Of a stretch of 33,661 bases of DNA, positions 8,756 through 18,677 are shown piece after piece (the first letter of the stretch is position 1; every line of letters begins with the position of its first letter). The position numbers and the translations under genes are program-made. The DNA lies in the NCBI GenBank assembly GCA_964479605.1, contig CAYZMY010000001.1:1-33661 (forward strand). The letters run 5' to 3'. This DNA is from an uncultured Campylobacterales bacterium (lineage in GTDB: Bacteria > Campylobacterota > Campylobacteria > Campylobacterales > Hydrogenimonadaceae). The notes beneath the pieces were generated by a model. The model had not been told where the DNA came from. It saw nothing but the letters and a program-made list of their open reading frames with translations, and did not search any database.

Positions 8756-8791
8756 TATTGCCGCACCGACCGATAGGCTGGTGCGGCAATA
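8756..8791. repeat. Palindromic repeat, copy 2
   Basis: Perfect 12-bp inverted repeat TATTGCCGCACC / GGTGCGGCAATA; lies between the tpx SD and a minus-strand TATAAT at 8802-8807. Confidence 0.8.
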
Positions 8792-9013
8792 GGATCAAAC
8801 TATTATATTTTTTTAATATAAAATGGTTCTTAATCGCAACCATGCATATGTGCAGTATCCCATGCAGCCGAGTCCGCGAAGTCTCTACGTTTACATACAT
8901 TTTACAAATATGTGAGATAATCAATTAAAGAATACTTTTTTGTAACGAGGTCAAAAATTGATATTTAGACTGTTTTAGCCTGCGCCATTGATTCAGTGCC
9001 AAAGGGGGGATTT

Positions 9014-10024
9014 ATGATGAAAGGTCTGTTAAAAGTTATTCTGATTCCGATAATGCTTACATTCTGTTATGCCGATGCATCCGAAGAGAGCGTCTGGAAA
9101 GATGCTACTTCACTCTACGGCAGCAATGCAGACAGGTATCTATATCTGGCGCTCCCGCTTGCCGTAGACAAAGAGACCTTCCTCTTTCCGCTTCATAAAG
9201 ATGGTGTAAATTACTATGTTCAAAACGCTTCATATGCGATTACGGTAAAAAACGGAACTTCAAAGAGCTCTTTCGATGTGGATTTCAGTGTACAAAAAAC
9301 CAAGCTGAATATAAGGGGTGTAAAAAACAATATAATTATCGATATAGGAGAAAAGGAGATCTTCGATATCTCCTATATAGTAAAAGAGAGAGAAAATGTA
9401 CGGGAGTACCACAATTATTTTCAGAGCCTTCCTTATCATGCGAGTGTACAGCTTTTCCCCGGTTTTTACGGCTCTGAACTATTCGGAAGATATGTAAAAG
9501 GGCAGGAAGGAAATTCCCCCGGTTATGTAGGATGCAGGATTGTAGACGCAAAAGAGGAGTTTGTTTGGCTGGATCCGTCTCAATATACAGATATGGGTGC
9601 AAAACCATATAAAAGCGGCGACATATCTCTTTATAAAAAACGCTCTCTTCTGGACTATGCTGCCCAAAACTGGGACCTGGTCTCCGAGCTAAGGATATGG
9701 AATATATTCCACTACGGCATCAACAGGCCCAAAGAGCGAAACCTTACCGGCTTTTTAAAGATGGAATTTTATGTAAAACCTTTGGCTGAACCCCAGAAAT
9801 TCGGGAATATGACTCTTCCATTTTCAAATATCTGGTATGAAGTTAACTACAAGCTTTCATCGGAGCTTGCAAAGGCGGCTATTTTCGCATCTGATTACTC
9901 TCTTGTTCCAAAGAGAAGTTATTTTGTATTCAAAAAAAGGAGCGAAAACAAGAAGATAGATCTCGATATAGAGATAACTGTAAAAAATATCAACTTTGTA
10001 AAAAGCGATAAAATGGAAGAGTAA
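9014..10024 (+). CDS. Hypothetical exported protein, no recognised family
   Basis: ~336-aa ORF; G-rich SD before ATG 9014; signal-peptide-like MMKGLLKVILIPIMLTFCYA; Tyr/Phe-rich. Confidence 0.75.
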   Translation: MMKGLLKVILIPIMLTFCYADASEESVWKDATSLYGSNADRYLYLALPLAVDKETFLFPLHKDGVNYYVQNASYAITVKNGTSKSSFDVDFSVQKTKLNIRGVKNNIIIDIGEKEIFDISYIVKERENVREYHNYFQSLPYHASVQLFPGFYGSELFGRYVKGQEGNSPGYVGCRIVDAKEEFVWLDPSQYTDMGAKPYKSGDISLYKKRSLLDYAAQNWDLVSELRIWNIFHYGINRPKERNLTGFLKMEFYVKPLAEPQKFGNMTLPFSNIWYEVNYKLSSELAKAAIFASDYSLVPKRSYFVFKKRSENKKIDLDIEITVKNINFVKSDKMEE

Positions 10025-10060
10025 GCGCAAGGTTTTAAAACTCATACTTCCGAAATAGTT

Positions 10061-10080
10061 TAGTACCGCACCAACCAAAT
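10061..10080 (+). repeat. Half copy of the palindromic repeat
   Basis: TACCGCACCAACCAAA (10064-10079) is identical to 8072-8087; no partner arm seen. Confidence 0.7.
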
Positions 10081-10252
10081 ATACGGTTTTTATACACTTC
10101 CAAAGGGATAAAATGTTATCCCTGCTTCGATTGTAAATCAATTATTTTACATATGTTTTACACTTTTATGCAATAATTCTTAATATGCAATAACTTCTGC
10201 AAAGATATTAGGAAATGTTTTTAGCTACTTTTACAGATCGGAGGTATCGACA

Positions 10253-10942
10253 ATGTTCAGAAAAATCACTTTTTTTCTTTTTGTCGTAATATTTCAGGCA
10301 GCATGGGCTGCAAGTATTGTGGGCTCAAAACACGATCTCAGCACTACAAACTACTATGGAGATTACTCCGGTGCCACGACCCAGATATGTGTCTTCTGCC
10401 ACACTCCCCATGGTGGAGACCAGGGTATCGGTCCGCTTTGGAACAGACGCATTACCGATACATCTTCTTTTACTCTGTATGGAGGTGTTACGGGAAAGCC
10501 GAACAACCCGACCATGGTCTGTCTCAGCTGTCACGACGGAGTGAGCGGGGAGGGAGATATGAGTGCGGTTAATGCATATGATACCCATAATATTATAAAC
10601 AACCCCGGTTCAGGGCTGGACAACCATCCGGTTGATCCCAACTGTAAAGCGTGCCACCACGGAATGTTCGGTCTCGGCGGGGGAATGTATCCGGATAAAG
10701 TATGGAGAATAGGGCCAGACCTTTCCAATGACCATCCGGTCTCTGTAAGCTACTCTTCTGCAGAGGGAAGATTTCCCGGACAGTTCAATGCCGCACAGAG
10801 TGTCATTGCCGCAGGATTGAAATTGCCGGGTGGGAATGTGGAGTGTGTTTCCTGCCATGATGTGCACAACCCGGCAAACGGCACATTTCTAAGATTGAAA
10901 AACAGTGACAGTTCACTTTGCAAAACATGCCATTTAAAATAG
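10253..10942 (+). CDS. Exported five-heme c-type cytochrome, OmcE-like
   Basis: Signal peptide ending AWA; five CXXCH (aa 46, 90, 131, 198, 223); KHDLS, QICVFCHTPH, PLWNR, FTLY, DLSNDHP, ECVSCHDVH, FLR; SD GGAGG. Confidence 0.9.
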   Translation: MFRKITFFLFVVIFQAAWAASIVGSKHDLSTTNYYGDYSGATTQICVFCHTPHGGDQGIGPLWNRRITDTSSFTLYGGVTGKPNNPTMVCLSCHDGVSGEGDMSAVNAYDTHNIINNPGSGLDNHPVDPNCKACHHGMFGLGGGMYPDKVWRIGPDLSNDHPVSVSYSSAEGRFPGQFNAAQSVIAAGLKLPGGNVECVSCHDVHNPANGTFLRLKNSDSSLCKTCHLK

Positions 10943-10970
10943 AGTCTCACAGGCGTGAGTACTCTGTTTT
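10936..10970 (+). terminator. Intrinsic terminator after the cytochrome gene
   Basis: AAAATAGAGT-CTCAC-aggc-GTGAG-t-ACTCTGTTTT. Confidence 0.65.
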
Positions 10971-11219
10971 ATACATGTGACATCAATACCTCTTTTCCAT
11001 AAACAAACTATATACTCTTCTTTTTCCATAGTATTACAATTATCCAATCGAATATTGCATCGAAGTGTTTATAAAATTTGCTCTTCGAGGCAGTTTGGGC
11101 AATAGTTACTATTTAACACACTGCAAAAAAAATATGTTACGCAAAGTTACACCATTTTCAGGAATATACTTTCAGTTTGATACAATATGCCTAAATCAAA
11201 TTTCGATGAAGGAGAAATA

Positions 11220-13793
11220 ATGGGTTTTATGGCCGATTATGAAAAACATGTCAAAGAGCGTGAAGCGCTAGGAGTACCTCCGCTTCCCCTTACAGCGGAG
11301 CAGACAGCTCAGGTGATAGAGCTATTGAAAGAGATCCCTATTTTGGAAGAAGAGAAGCTTCTTGATCTTCTGGAAAACCGTGTTCCTCCGGGCGTCGACG
11401 ATGCAGCGTATGTCAAGGCTGCTTTTCTGAATGACATAGTTCAGGGAAATGCCAAATCGGCTGCCATATCTCCGCTGCACGCAGTCAAAATGCTTGGTAT
11501 GATGCTTGGAGGCTTCAATGTCAAGCCTCTTATAGATGCACTTGAGAGCAAAGATGAAGAGATTGCTCAAGAAGCTGCCAACCAGCTCAAACATACAATG
11601 CTTGTCTATGACAGCTTCAATGATGTAAAAGAGCTGGCGGACAAAGGGAACAAATTTGCAAAAGAGGTTCTGCAAAGCTGGGCGAATGCCGAGTGGTTTA
11701 CAAGCAGGCCGGAGCTCCCGGAAGAGATAACCGTTACTGTTTTCAAGGTTCCCGGCGAAACCAATACCGACGATCTCTCACCGGCGAGTGAGGCTTTCAC
11801 CAGAAGTGACATTCCGCTGCATGCAAACAGTATGCTCGGTGCGAAGATGGAAGATCCTATAGGAACGATTAAAAAGCTTAAAGAAAAAGGCCACCCTGTA
11901 GCCTATGTCGGTGATGTTGTCGGTACAGGATCCAGCCGAAAATCGGGTATCAACTCTGTACAGTGGCACCTTGGAGAGGATATTCCGGGTGTTCCGAACA
12001 AGCGAACGGGCGGAATAGTGATAGGCGGAATCATCGCTCCTATCTTCTTCAATACAGCCGAAGATTCCGGCGCACTGCCGATTGAAGCTCCTGTAGATAA
12101 CCTGGAGACCGGAGATGTAATCACTGTTAAACCTTATGAAGGAAAAATTTACAAAAACGGAGAAGTCGTAAGCGAATTCAAGCTCAAGCCGAACACTCTG
12201 CCGGACGAGTTCCGCGCAGGCGGACGTATTCCGATGATCATCGGCCGCAATCTGACCCGCAAAGCCCGTGAAGCTCTGGGCATGGGCGAAGAGAATATAT
12301 TTGCACGTCCCGAACAGCCGGAAGGTAAAGAGGGTGTGGGCTACACACTTGCACAGAAGATGGTAGGAAAAGCGTGCGGTATGGAGGGTGTACGACCCGG
12401 AATGTACGTAGAGCCTGAAGTCTCTACCGTAGGAAGCCAGGATACTACCGGCCCTATGACACGCGATGAGATAAAAGAGCTTGCGGCTCTCAGTTTCGGT
12501 GCAGACCTCGTTATGCAGTCCTTTTGCCATACTGCCGCATATCCCAAACCTTCCGATGTCAAACTGCAGCACACTCTTCCTCCGTTTTGGACAAGCCGCG
12601 GCGGAGTTATCCTGAGGCCTGGAGACGGAATTATCCACAGCTGGCTCAACCGTATGGTTCTACCCGATACCGTAGGAACCGGCGGAGACAGCCATACACG
12701 CTTCCCGATAGGTATAAGCTTCCCTGCCGGATCGGGTCTTGTCGCTTTTGCCGCTGTTACGGGAACAATGCCTCTTAATATGCCCGAATCCGTACTTGTA
12801 CGCTTCAAAGGTGAACTGCAGCCTGGTATAACACTGAGGGATCTTGTCAATGCCATACCGTACGCCGCTATTCAAGAGGGGCTTTTGACTGTCGAGAAGA
12901 AGGGTAAAAAGAATATATTTGCCGGACGTGTGCTTGAGATCGAGGGTCTGCCGTTCCTCAAGTGTGAGCAGGCATTTGAGCTCTCAGATGCTTCAGCCGA
13001 GCGAAGTGCGGCTGCATGTACCGTAAAACTGGATAAAGAGCCGGTTATTGAGTATATCAACTCCAACATCAAACTGCTTGAAGCGATGATTGAGAGCGGA
13101 TATGAAGATAAACGCACAATTCAGCGCCGAATAGACAACATGAAAAAATGGCTTGAAAATCCGCAGCTCATGGAAGCTGATAAAAATGCAGAGTATGCCG
13201 CGGTAATTGAGATTGATCTGAACGAAATAACCGAACCTATTGTTGCATGTCCCAACGATCCGGATGATGTAGCGACACTGAGTGAAGTGCTTGCGGATGA
13301 GAAGAGACCGAAAAATATCGATGAGGTATTCGTAGGCTCATGTATGACCAATATCGGGGTATTCCGTGCACTTGGGGAAGTTCTCAGAGGCAAAGGTCAG
13401 GTTCCGACGCGCCTGTGGGTTGTTCCGCCGACCAAAATGGATGAAAAAGAGCTTATAGAAGAGGGATATTATGCCATCTACGGTGCTGCCGGTGCAAGAA
13501 CCGAAATTCCGGGATGCTCTTTGTGCATGGGTAACCAGGCGCGCGTGCACGACAACGCCGTCGTATTCTCAACCTCTACGAGAAACTTCGACAACCGCCT
13601 CGGAAAAGGTGCTCAGGTCTATCTTGGAAGTGCCGAACTTGCCGCTGTATGTGCACTGCTCGGAAAAATTCCTTCCAAAGAGGAGTATCTCGACATTGTG
13701 CCGCAGGCTATCGCAGGTAAAGAAGAGGATGTCTACAAATATCTCAACTTCCACCAGGTTGACAAAGAGACTCTCGACTATATGGTAGGCTGA
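11220..13793 (+). CDS. acnB: Aconitate hydratase B
   Basis: [52 protein letters not shown]; AAGGAG SD favours ATG 11220. Confidence 0.97.
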   Translation: MGFMADYEKHVKEREALGVPPLPLTAEQTAQVIELLKEIPILEEEKLLDLLENRVPPGVDDAAYVKAAFLNDIVQGNAKSAAISPLHAVKMLGMMLGGFNVKPLIDALESKDEEIAQEAANQLKHTMLVYDSFNDVKELADKGNKFAKEVLQSWANAEWFTSRPELPEEITVTVFKVPGETNTDDLSPASEAFTRSDIPLHANSMLGAKMEDPIGTIKKLKEKGHPVAYVGDVVGTGSSRKSGINSVQWHLGEDIPGVPNKRTGGIVIGGIIAPIFFNTAEDSGALPIEAPVDNLETGDVITVKPYEGKIYKNGEVVSEFKLKPNTLPDEFRAGGRIPMIIGRNLTRKAREALGMGEENIFARPEQPEGKEGVGYTLAQKMVGKACGMEGVRPGMYVEPEVSTVGSQDTTGPMTRDEIKELAALSFGADLVMQSFCHTAAYPKPSDVKLQHTLPPFWTSRGGVILRPGDGIIHSWLNRMVLPDTVGTGGDSHTRFPIGISFPAGSGLVAFAAVTGTMPLNMPESVLVRFKGELQPGITLRDLVNAIPYAAIQEGLLTVEKKGKKNIFAGRVLEIEGLPFLKCEQAFELSDASAERSAAACTVKLDKEPVIEYINSNIKLLEAMIESGYEDKRTIQRRIDNMKKWLENPQLMEADKNAEYAAVIEIDLNEITEPIVACPNDPDDVATLSEVLADEKRPKNIDEVFVGSCMTNIGVFRALGEVLRGKGQVPTRLWVVPPTKMDEKELIEEGYYAIYGAAGARTEIPGCSLCMGNQARVHDNAVVFSTSTRNFDNRLGKGAQVYLGSAELAAVCALLGKIPSKEEYLDIVPQAIAGKEEDVYKYLNFHQVDKETLDYMVG

Positions 13794-13808
13794 CCTTACA
13801 GTTTTATA

Positions 13809-13826
13809 GCCGGGCTTTTGCCCGGC
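13809..13826. terminator. GC hairpin after acnB
   Basis: GCCGGGC-TTTT-GCCCGGC; weak U-tract. Confidence 0.5.
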
Positions 13827-13851
13827 ATCAACTTTCTGCTACAATGACTCT

Positions 13852-14229
13852 ATGAAAAAAATATCTATCTTTCTGCTTCTTGCTATCACTGTTTTTGCGG
13901 GTCAGCTTCGTTTCGGAGATATCGAGACGACTATACTCTCCAAAAAAACCGGTGAACCGGTCAATGTCGAACTCTCTTTGGTGCTGCAGGGACGTGATAT
14001 GGAACAAAACAGTGTGGAGCTTATGGATGTTGTGCAAAGCGCCATAGGAAGTTTCTGGGCCGAGACACTTGTGACCACCCAGGGAAAAGAGCAGTTTAAA
14101 AGGATGATTATATCTCTTGCCGACAAAAAGTACGGCATCGAGGTGGATTTCGTCTACATACTCAATGTAAAAGTTGACACCTGTACATTGGAAAAGATAA
14201 GAGAGCTCCTTAATAGCGTCCGTCGATAA
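13852..14229 (+). CDS. Small exported protein, FliL-like
   Basis: Signal peptide ending VFA; ETLVTTQGKEQFK...VYI resembles the FliL C-terminal pattern; 3' end overlaps lolA by 20 nt. Confidence 0.6.
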   Translation: MKKISIFLLLAITVFAGQLRFGDIETTILSKKTGEPVNVELSLVLQGRDMEQNSVELMDVVQSAIGSFWAETLVTTQGKEQFKRMIISLADKKYGIEVDFVYILNVKVDTCTLEKIRELLNSVRR

Positions 14230-14734
14230 GATCGAAATCTTCCGGAATTTCGCACTGTAGAAGCGAGGAATCAAACGGTTCTGTTTTCACATTTTGAAAA
14301 CGCAAAGTAACCCGGTTTCCTATTTCGTCCAGGTAGCTAATAGACTTTACACGCTTTTTTGAATCGACTCTGATCAAATACTCGACACCTTCAAATTCCG
14401 CTTCATAGATATCGGTGCCTTTTTTTTGCGCATTTTTCAAAATGGCCATCAGCGGTATACTTTTTTTGAGTTTGAAAAGTGTAGCCTGCTCCAGTTCAGG
14501 TTCTATGACCCACGCTTTGTGAGCAGTGAGACATATACTCTTTTTTAGAGGAATAAAGTAATCCCACTTGGCATCTGACGGCATCTTCATATAGAGTCTT
14601 CCGCTGTAGTAGAGCTGTTTTTTTGTATCTTTGCTCTGGACAACCTGTGTGAAGTCAGCGCTGATAAACTTGGGTACCGGCAAGGAGGCCGAGAGCAGCT
14701 GGGCCAAAAGAGCTGTTATAACTATTATTCTCAT
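14210..14734 (-). CDS. lolA: Outer-membrane lipoprotein carrier LolA
   Basis: Signal peptide; ADFTQ, YSGRL, KWDY..P, IEPELEQAT; divergent from secA as in other Campylobacterota. Confidence 0.85.
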   Translation of the reverse strand: MRIIVITALLAQLLSASLPVPKFISADFTQVVQSKDTKKQLYYSGRLYMKMPSDAKWDYFIPLKKSICLTAHKAWVIEPELEQATLFKLKKSIPLMAILKNAQKKGTDIYEAEFEGVEYLIRVDSKKRVKSISYLDEIGNRVTLRFQNVKTEPFDSSLLQCEIPEDFDLIDGRY

Positions 14735-14849
14735 GCGGGGATTTTATAGGAACCTTTGTAAAAGTGTGATAAAATCTACCTCTTAAAAACTGAAATAACA
14801 TCACTGACACCAGTAATATGTGAACCATGAACGAAAAGGTATACCCGAA

Positions 14850-17435
14850 ATGATCAAAACAATCTTTCGCTCGATTGTCGGAACGGCCAACGACAGAGAG
14901 CTGAAAAAGTACAGCAGGCGCGTCGCAAAGATCAATGCTCTTGAGCCAAAATATGAAAAGATGACAGATGAAGAGCTTCAAAAGGCTTTTTTAGAGCTCA
15001 AAGAGCGGGTAAGAAGCGAAGAGGCGACACTTGATGATGTTCTTATGGACTCTTTTGCCATAACGAGGGAGGCATCCAAGAGAACTCTGGGACTCAGGCA
15101 CTTTGACGTGCAGCTGGTCGGCGGTATGGTTCTGCATGAAAACCGAATAGCAGAGATGAAAACGGGTGAGGGAAAAACACTCGTAGCGACACTTCCGGTT
15201 GTTTTGAATGCGATGACCGGACGCGGTGTACACGTGGTTACAGTCAATGACTACCTGGCAAACCGCGATGCGACGGAGATGGGAAAGATATATGAATTCC
15301 TGGGTTACAGCGTAGGGGTGATTACGGCAGATGTACCTGACGATTCAGGCAGAAAAGAGCAGTACGACGCCGATATTACATACGGTACCAACAATGAGTT
15401 CGGATTCGACTACCTTCGTGACAACATGAAGTATTCGCTGGATGAGATGGTCCAGCGTGACCACTACTATGCGATAGTCGATGAAGTCGACTCGATTTTG
15501 ATTGATGAAGCCAGAACGCCTCTGATCATATCCGGACCCACCAGCAGCAAGCTGGAGAACTATACGCGTGCCGACAAAGTTGCGAAGCAGCTTGTTCGTG
15601 ATGAAGATTTTACCGTCGATGAGAAAAACAGGGTCATACTGGTAACGGAAAAAGGGATAGAAAAAGCAGAAAAACTTTTCGGTGTCGACAATCTCTACTC
15701 TATGGAGAATGCGATTCTTTCTCACCATCTGGACCAGGCTCTCAAAGCCCACAATCTATTTGAAAAAGATGTCGACTATGTCGTGAAAGACGGCGAAATC
15801 GTAATTGTCGACGAGTTTACGGGAAGGCTCTCCGAAGGAAGACGCTTCAGCGAAGGTCTTCACCAGGCATTGGAAGCAAAGGAGGGTGTAGAGATTAAAG
15901 AAGAGTCTCAAACTCTTGCCGACATTACCTTCCAGAACTACTTCAGAATGTACGACAAGCTTGCAGGTATGACAGGAACGGCCCAGACCGAAGCTACCGA
16001 ATTTGCCGAGATATACAACCTGGATGTCATCTCCATACCCACAAATGTACCGGTCATACGCAAAGACCAGCCAGACCTTATCTACAAAACTGAAAGAGAG
16101 AAGTTCGAGGCGGTTATAGGTGATATAAAAGAGAGAAACAAGAAAGGTCAGCCGATACTTGTCGGTACTGCATCCATCGAGAAGTCCGAAGCTCTTCACG
16201 CTCTTTTGAAGAAGGAGAAGATTCCGCATAACGTTCTGAATGCAAAGAACCATGAGCATGAAGCGGAGATTATCAAAGATGCGGGAAAAAAGGGAGCCGT
16301 CACAATTGCTACAAATATGGCAGGACGGGGAGTCGACATCAAAATAGATGACGAGATACGCTCTTTGGGCGGTCTATACATAATAGGCACCGAGCGCCAT
16401 GAGAGCCGCCGTATCGACAATCAGCTTCGCGGGCGCTCCGGCCGACAGGGCGATCCGGGAGAGAGCCGCTTCTATCTTAGCCTTGAAGACCATCTGCTCA
16501 GAATTTTCGGCAGTGACCGTATCAAAACCATCATGGAGCGAATGGGGGTAGAAGAGGGCGAGTATATAGAGTCGAAAATGGTTACACGTGCCGTGGAAAA
16601 AGCGCAGAAAAAGGTCGAAAACCTCCATTTCGAGTCAAGAAAACATCTTCTTGAGTACGACGATGTAGCAAATGAACAGCGAAAGATTGTATACCGTTTC
16701 CGTCATGAACTTCTAAACCCGGAGTTTGATATAGGTGAGAAACTGGATGCGATAAGAGAGGAGTATCTGCAGAGCCTCATGATGGAGTGTTCCATATTCG
16801 AAGGAGCCCCGCAGGAGGATTTTGAACTTGAAAAACTAAAGCTTAAACTGATGGAAGAGATGGGTGAAGAGTTTGGTGAAGATGAACTTGCCGGACGCGA
16901 CTACCAAGCTCTTTTTGATCTCCTTTTGAACCAGCTCAAAGAGCGCTATGAGACAAAAATGGGAGCCATAGATCCACGTCAGCGCAATGAGATAGAGCGA
17001 ATTATCTATCTTCAGGTTCTGGACAATGCATGGCGGGAGCATCTTTATCAGATGGATATTCTCAAAACAGGAATCGGACTTCGCGGCTACAACCAGAAGG
17101 ACCCTCTGGTTGAGTATAAAAAAGAGAGCTACAATCTCTTTACGGAACTTGTAGAGTCGATCAAGTTTGAAACTCTCAAAACACTCTATATGATACGCTT
17201 CAAGTCTGAAGAGGAGATGGCGGAAGAAGAGGCTGCACTCGAGAGGATGAAGGCGCAGATGGAAGCTGCTACGGCCGATATCGCTACGAACAAGGATGAG
17301 GAGCTAAAACCGATAGTAAAAAACAAGAAGCCGGCACGCAACGATCCATGCCCATGCGGCAGCGGCAAGAAATACAAACAGTGCTGCGGCAAGAGCGGCC
17401 CTAAACGCGGAGTTCTGGCTGCCGAGCAGGTATGA
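14850..17435 (+). CDS. secA: Preprotein translocase ATPase SecA
   Basis: [64 protein letters not shown]; ATG 14850 preferred over GTG 14820. Confidence 0.98.
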   Translation: MIKTIFRSIVGTANDRELKKYSRRVAKINALEPKYEKMTDEELQKAFLELKERVRSEEATLDDVLMDSFAITREASKRTLGLRHFDVQLVGGMVLHENRIAEMKTGEGKTLVATLPVVLNAMTGRGVHVVTVNDYLANRDATEMGKIYEFLGYSVGVITADVPDDSGRKEQYDADITYGTNNEFGFDYLRDNMKYSLDEMVQRDHYYAIVDEVDSILIDEARTPLIISGPTSSKLENYTRADKVAKQLVRDEDFTVDEKNRVILVTEKGIEKAEKLFGVDNLYSMENAILSHHLDQALKAHNLFEKDVDYVVKDGEIVIVDEFTGRLSEGRRFSEGLHQALEAKEGVEIKEESQTLADITFQNYFRMYDKLAGMTGTAQTEATEFAEIYNLDVISIPTNVPVIRKDQPDLIYKTEREKFEAVIGDIKERNKKGQPILVGTASIEKSEALHALLKKEKIPHNVLNAKNHEHEAEIIKDAGKKGAVTIATNMAGRGVDIKIDDEIRSLGGLYIIGTERHESRRIDNQLRGRSGRQGDPGESRFYLSLEDHLLRIFGSDRIKTIMERMGVEEGEYIESKMVTRAVEKAQKKVENLHFESRKHLLEYDDVANEQRKIVYRFRHELLNPEFDIGEKLDAIREEYLQSLMMECSIFEGAPQEDFELEKLKLKLMEEMGEEFGEDELAGRDYQALFDLLLNQLKERYETKMGAIDPRQRNEIERIIYLQVLDNAWREHLYQMDILKTGIGLRGYNQKDPLVEYKKESYNLFTELVESIKFETLKTLYMIRFKSEEEMAEEEAALERMKAQMEAATADIATNKDEELKPIVKNKKPARNDPCPCGSGKKYKQCCGKSGPKRGVLAAEQV

Positions 17436-18631
17436 ACTCGCATTTCGTAAACACGATGGTCAGGCGCTATCTGCGCTTTGACCCGGAACACCCTTTCATC
17501 TTCCTTTCCGCCATCCTCGCATTTTTCGGCATAACCATAGGTGTAATGGTTCTTATTATTGCAATGGCGATAATGAACGGTATGGAAAAGGAGTTTGAAA
17601 AACGCCTTTTTGTTATGAACTATCCTCTTACGATATATCCCAAAGTCAGAGAGTCTGTCGATGAGGATCTGCTGGAGACACTGGAGAATAAATTTTACGA
17701 TCTCAAATTCAGCCCATATATGCAGACACAGGTCCTTATACGAAAAGGGAGCACTCTAAAAGGGGGACTGCTGTTTGGAGTCGACCCTGTCAGAGAGAAA
17801 GAGGTTAACCCCGTTTTCGCAAGAGCTTACACAAAACCGTTAGGCAAATACGGAGTCATTGTCGGAAAACCGCTTGCAAGAGATCTCGGCATAGAAAAAG
17901 GGCAGAAAATTATGTTTCTTTTCTCGCGCATGGAACCTGCTGGACTAAGTTTTATGCCGCTGACAAAACGGTTTGTGGTGGAGGGGCTTTTCCGTTCCGG
18001 CCTCAATGCCTATGACGAGAGCTACTACTACACAACATTCAGAACATTCGAAAAGATTTTAAAAAGAGACAAAAAAGTATATGACGGAATTCATATAGAG
18101 TCGAAAAATCCGATGCACGATATAGAGCTTATCCGCTCCGAACTGCCATCCACAGTCGGAATTATGGGTTGGTGGCAGCAGAACGGAAACTTCTTTGCCG
18201 CAATGCAGATGGAGAAGAGAGCGCTATTTATCGTCTTGATGCTTATTATTCTTATTGCATCTTTGAATATCGTCAGCTCCCTGCTTATGACTGTAATGAA
18301 CCGTCGTAACGAAGTTGCACTTCTGCTTTCGCTCGGAGCTTCCAAAAAAGAGATTATGCAGCTCTTTTTCAGGCTTGGGCTGATAATAGGCCTGGGCGGT
18401 ATTGTCGTGGGTACATTTTTGGGTCTTGGCGGTATGGAGCTGCTCAGCAAGTTCGATATCATCACTCTTCCGGAAGATGTATACGGTACAAGCCGTCTTC
18501 CGCTTGATCTTGACTGGAGAGACTTTGCGGGGATCATTGTGGGAGCTTTTTTTATTACGCTTTTTTCATCTTTATATCCTGCAAAAAAAGCTTCGCAGAT
18601 CGATCCGCTGAGTGTGCTTAGAAACGAGTAG
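17432..18631 (+). CDS. Lipoprotein-releasing ABC transporter permease, LolC/E-type
   Basis: [54 protein letters not shown]; ATGA overlap with secA. Confidence 0.9.
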   Translation: MNSHFVNTMVRRYLRFDPEHPFIFLSAILAFFGITIGVMVLIIAMAIMNGMEKEFEKRLFVMNYPLTIYPKVRESVDEDLLETLENKFYDLKFSPYMQTQVLIRKGSTLKGGLLFGVDPVREKEVNPVFARAYTKPLGKYGVIVGKPLARDLGIEKGQKIMFLFSRMEPAGLSFMPLTKRFVVEGLFRSGLNAYDESYYYTTFRTFEKILKRDKKVYDGIHIESKNPMHDIELIRSELPSTVGIMGWWQQNGNFFAAMQMEKRALFIVLMLIILIASLNIVSSLLMTVMNRRNEVALLLSLGASKKEIMQLFFRLGLIIGLGGIVVGTFLGLGGMELLSKFDIITLPEDVYGTSRLPLDLDWRDFAGIIVGAFFITLFSSLYPAKKASQIDPLSVLRNE

Positions 18632-18677
18632 TCCCGATTTTTTTACCGGTATCGGCTTTTTGTAAAATATCAGTTTT

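Noticed and set aside
7987-8928. Small ORFs 7987-8253, 8057-8266, 8596-8928 and 8739-8924
   Set aside because: They overlap promoters, palindromes or tpx; the shared LLPHQP peptide just reflects the DNA repeat.
8069-10080. Palindromic repeats as a CRISPR array or integron attC sites
   Set aside because: No regular repeat-spacer period, no cas or integrase gene, and no clear RYYYAAC/GTTRRRY core pairs.
2300-11200. Variable region as a prophage or integrative element, or a dif site near ftsK
   Set aside because: No integrase, transposase, phage gene, tRNA, flanking direct repeat or recognisable dif-like site was seen.
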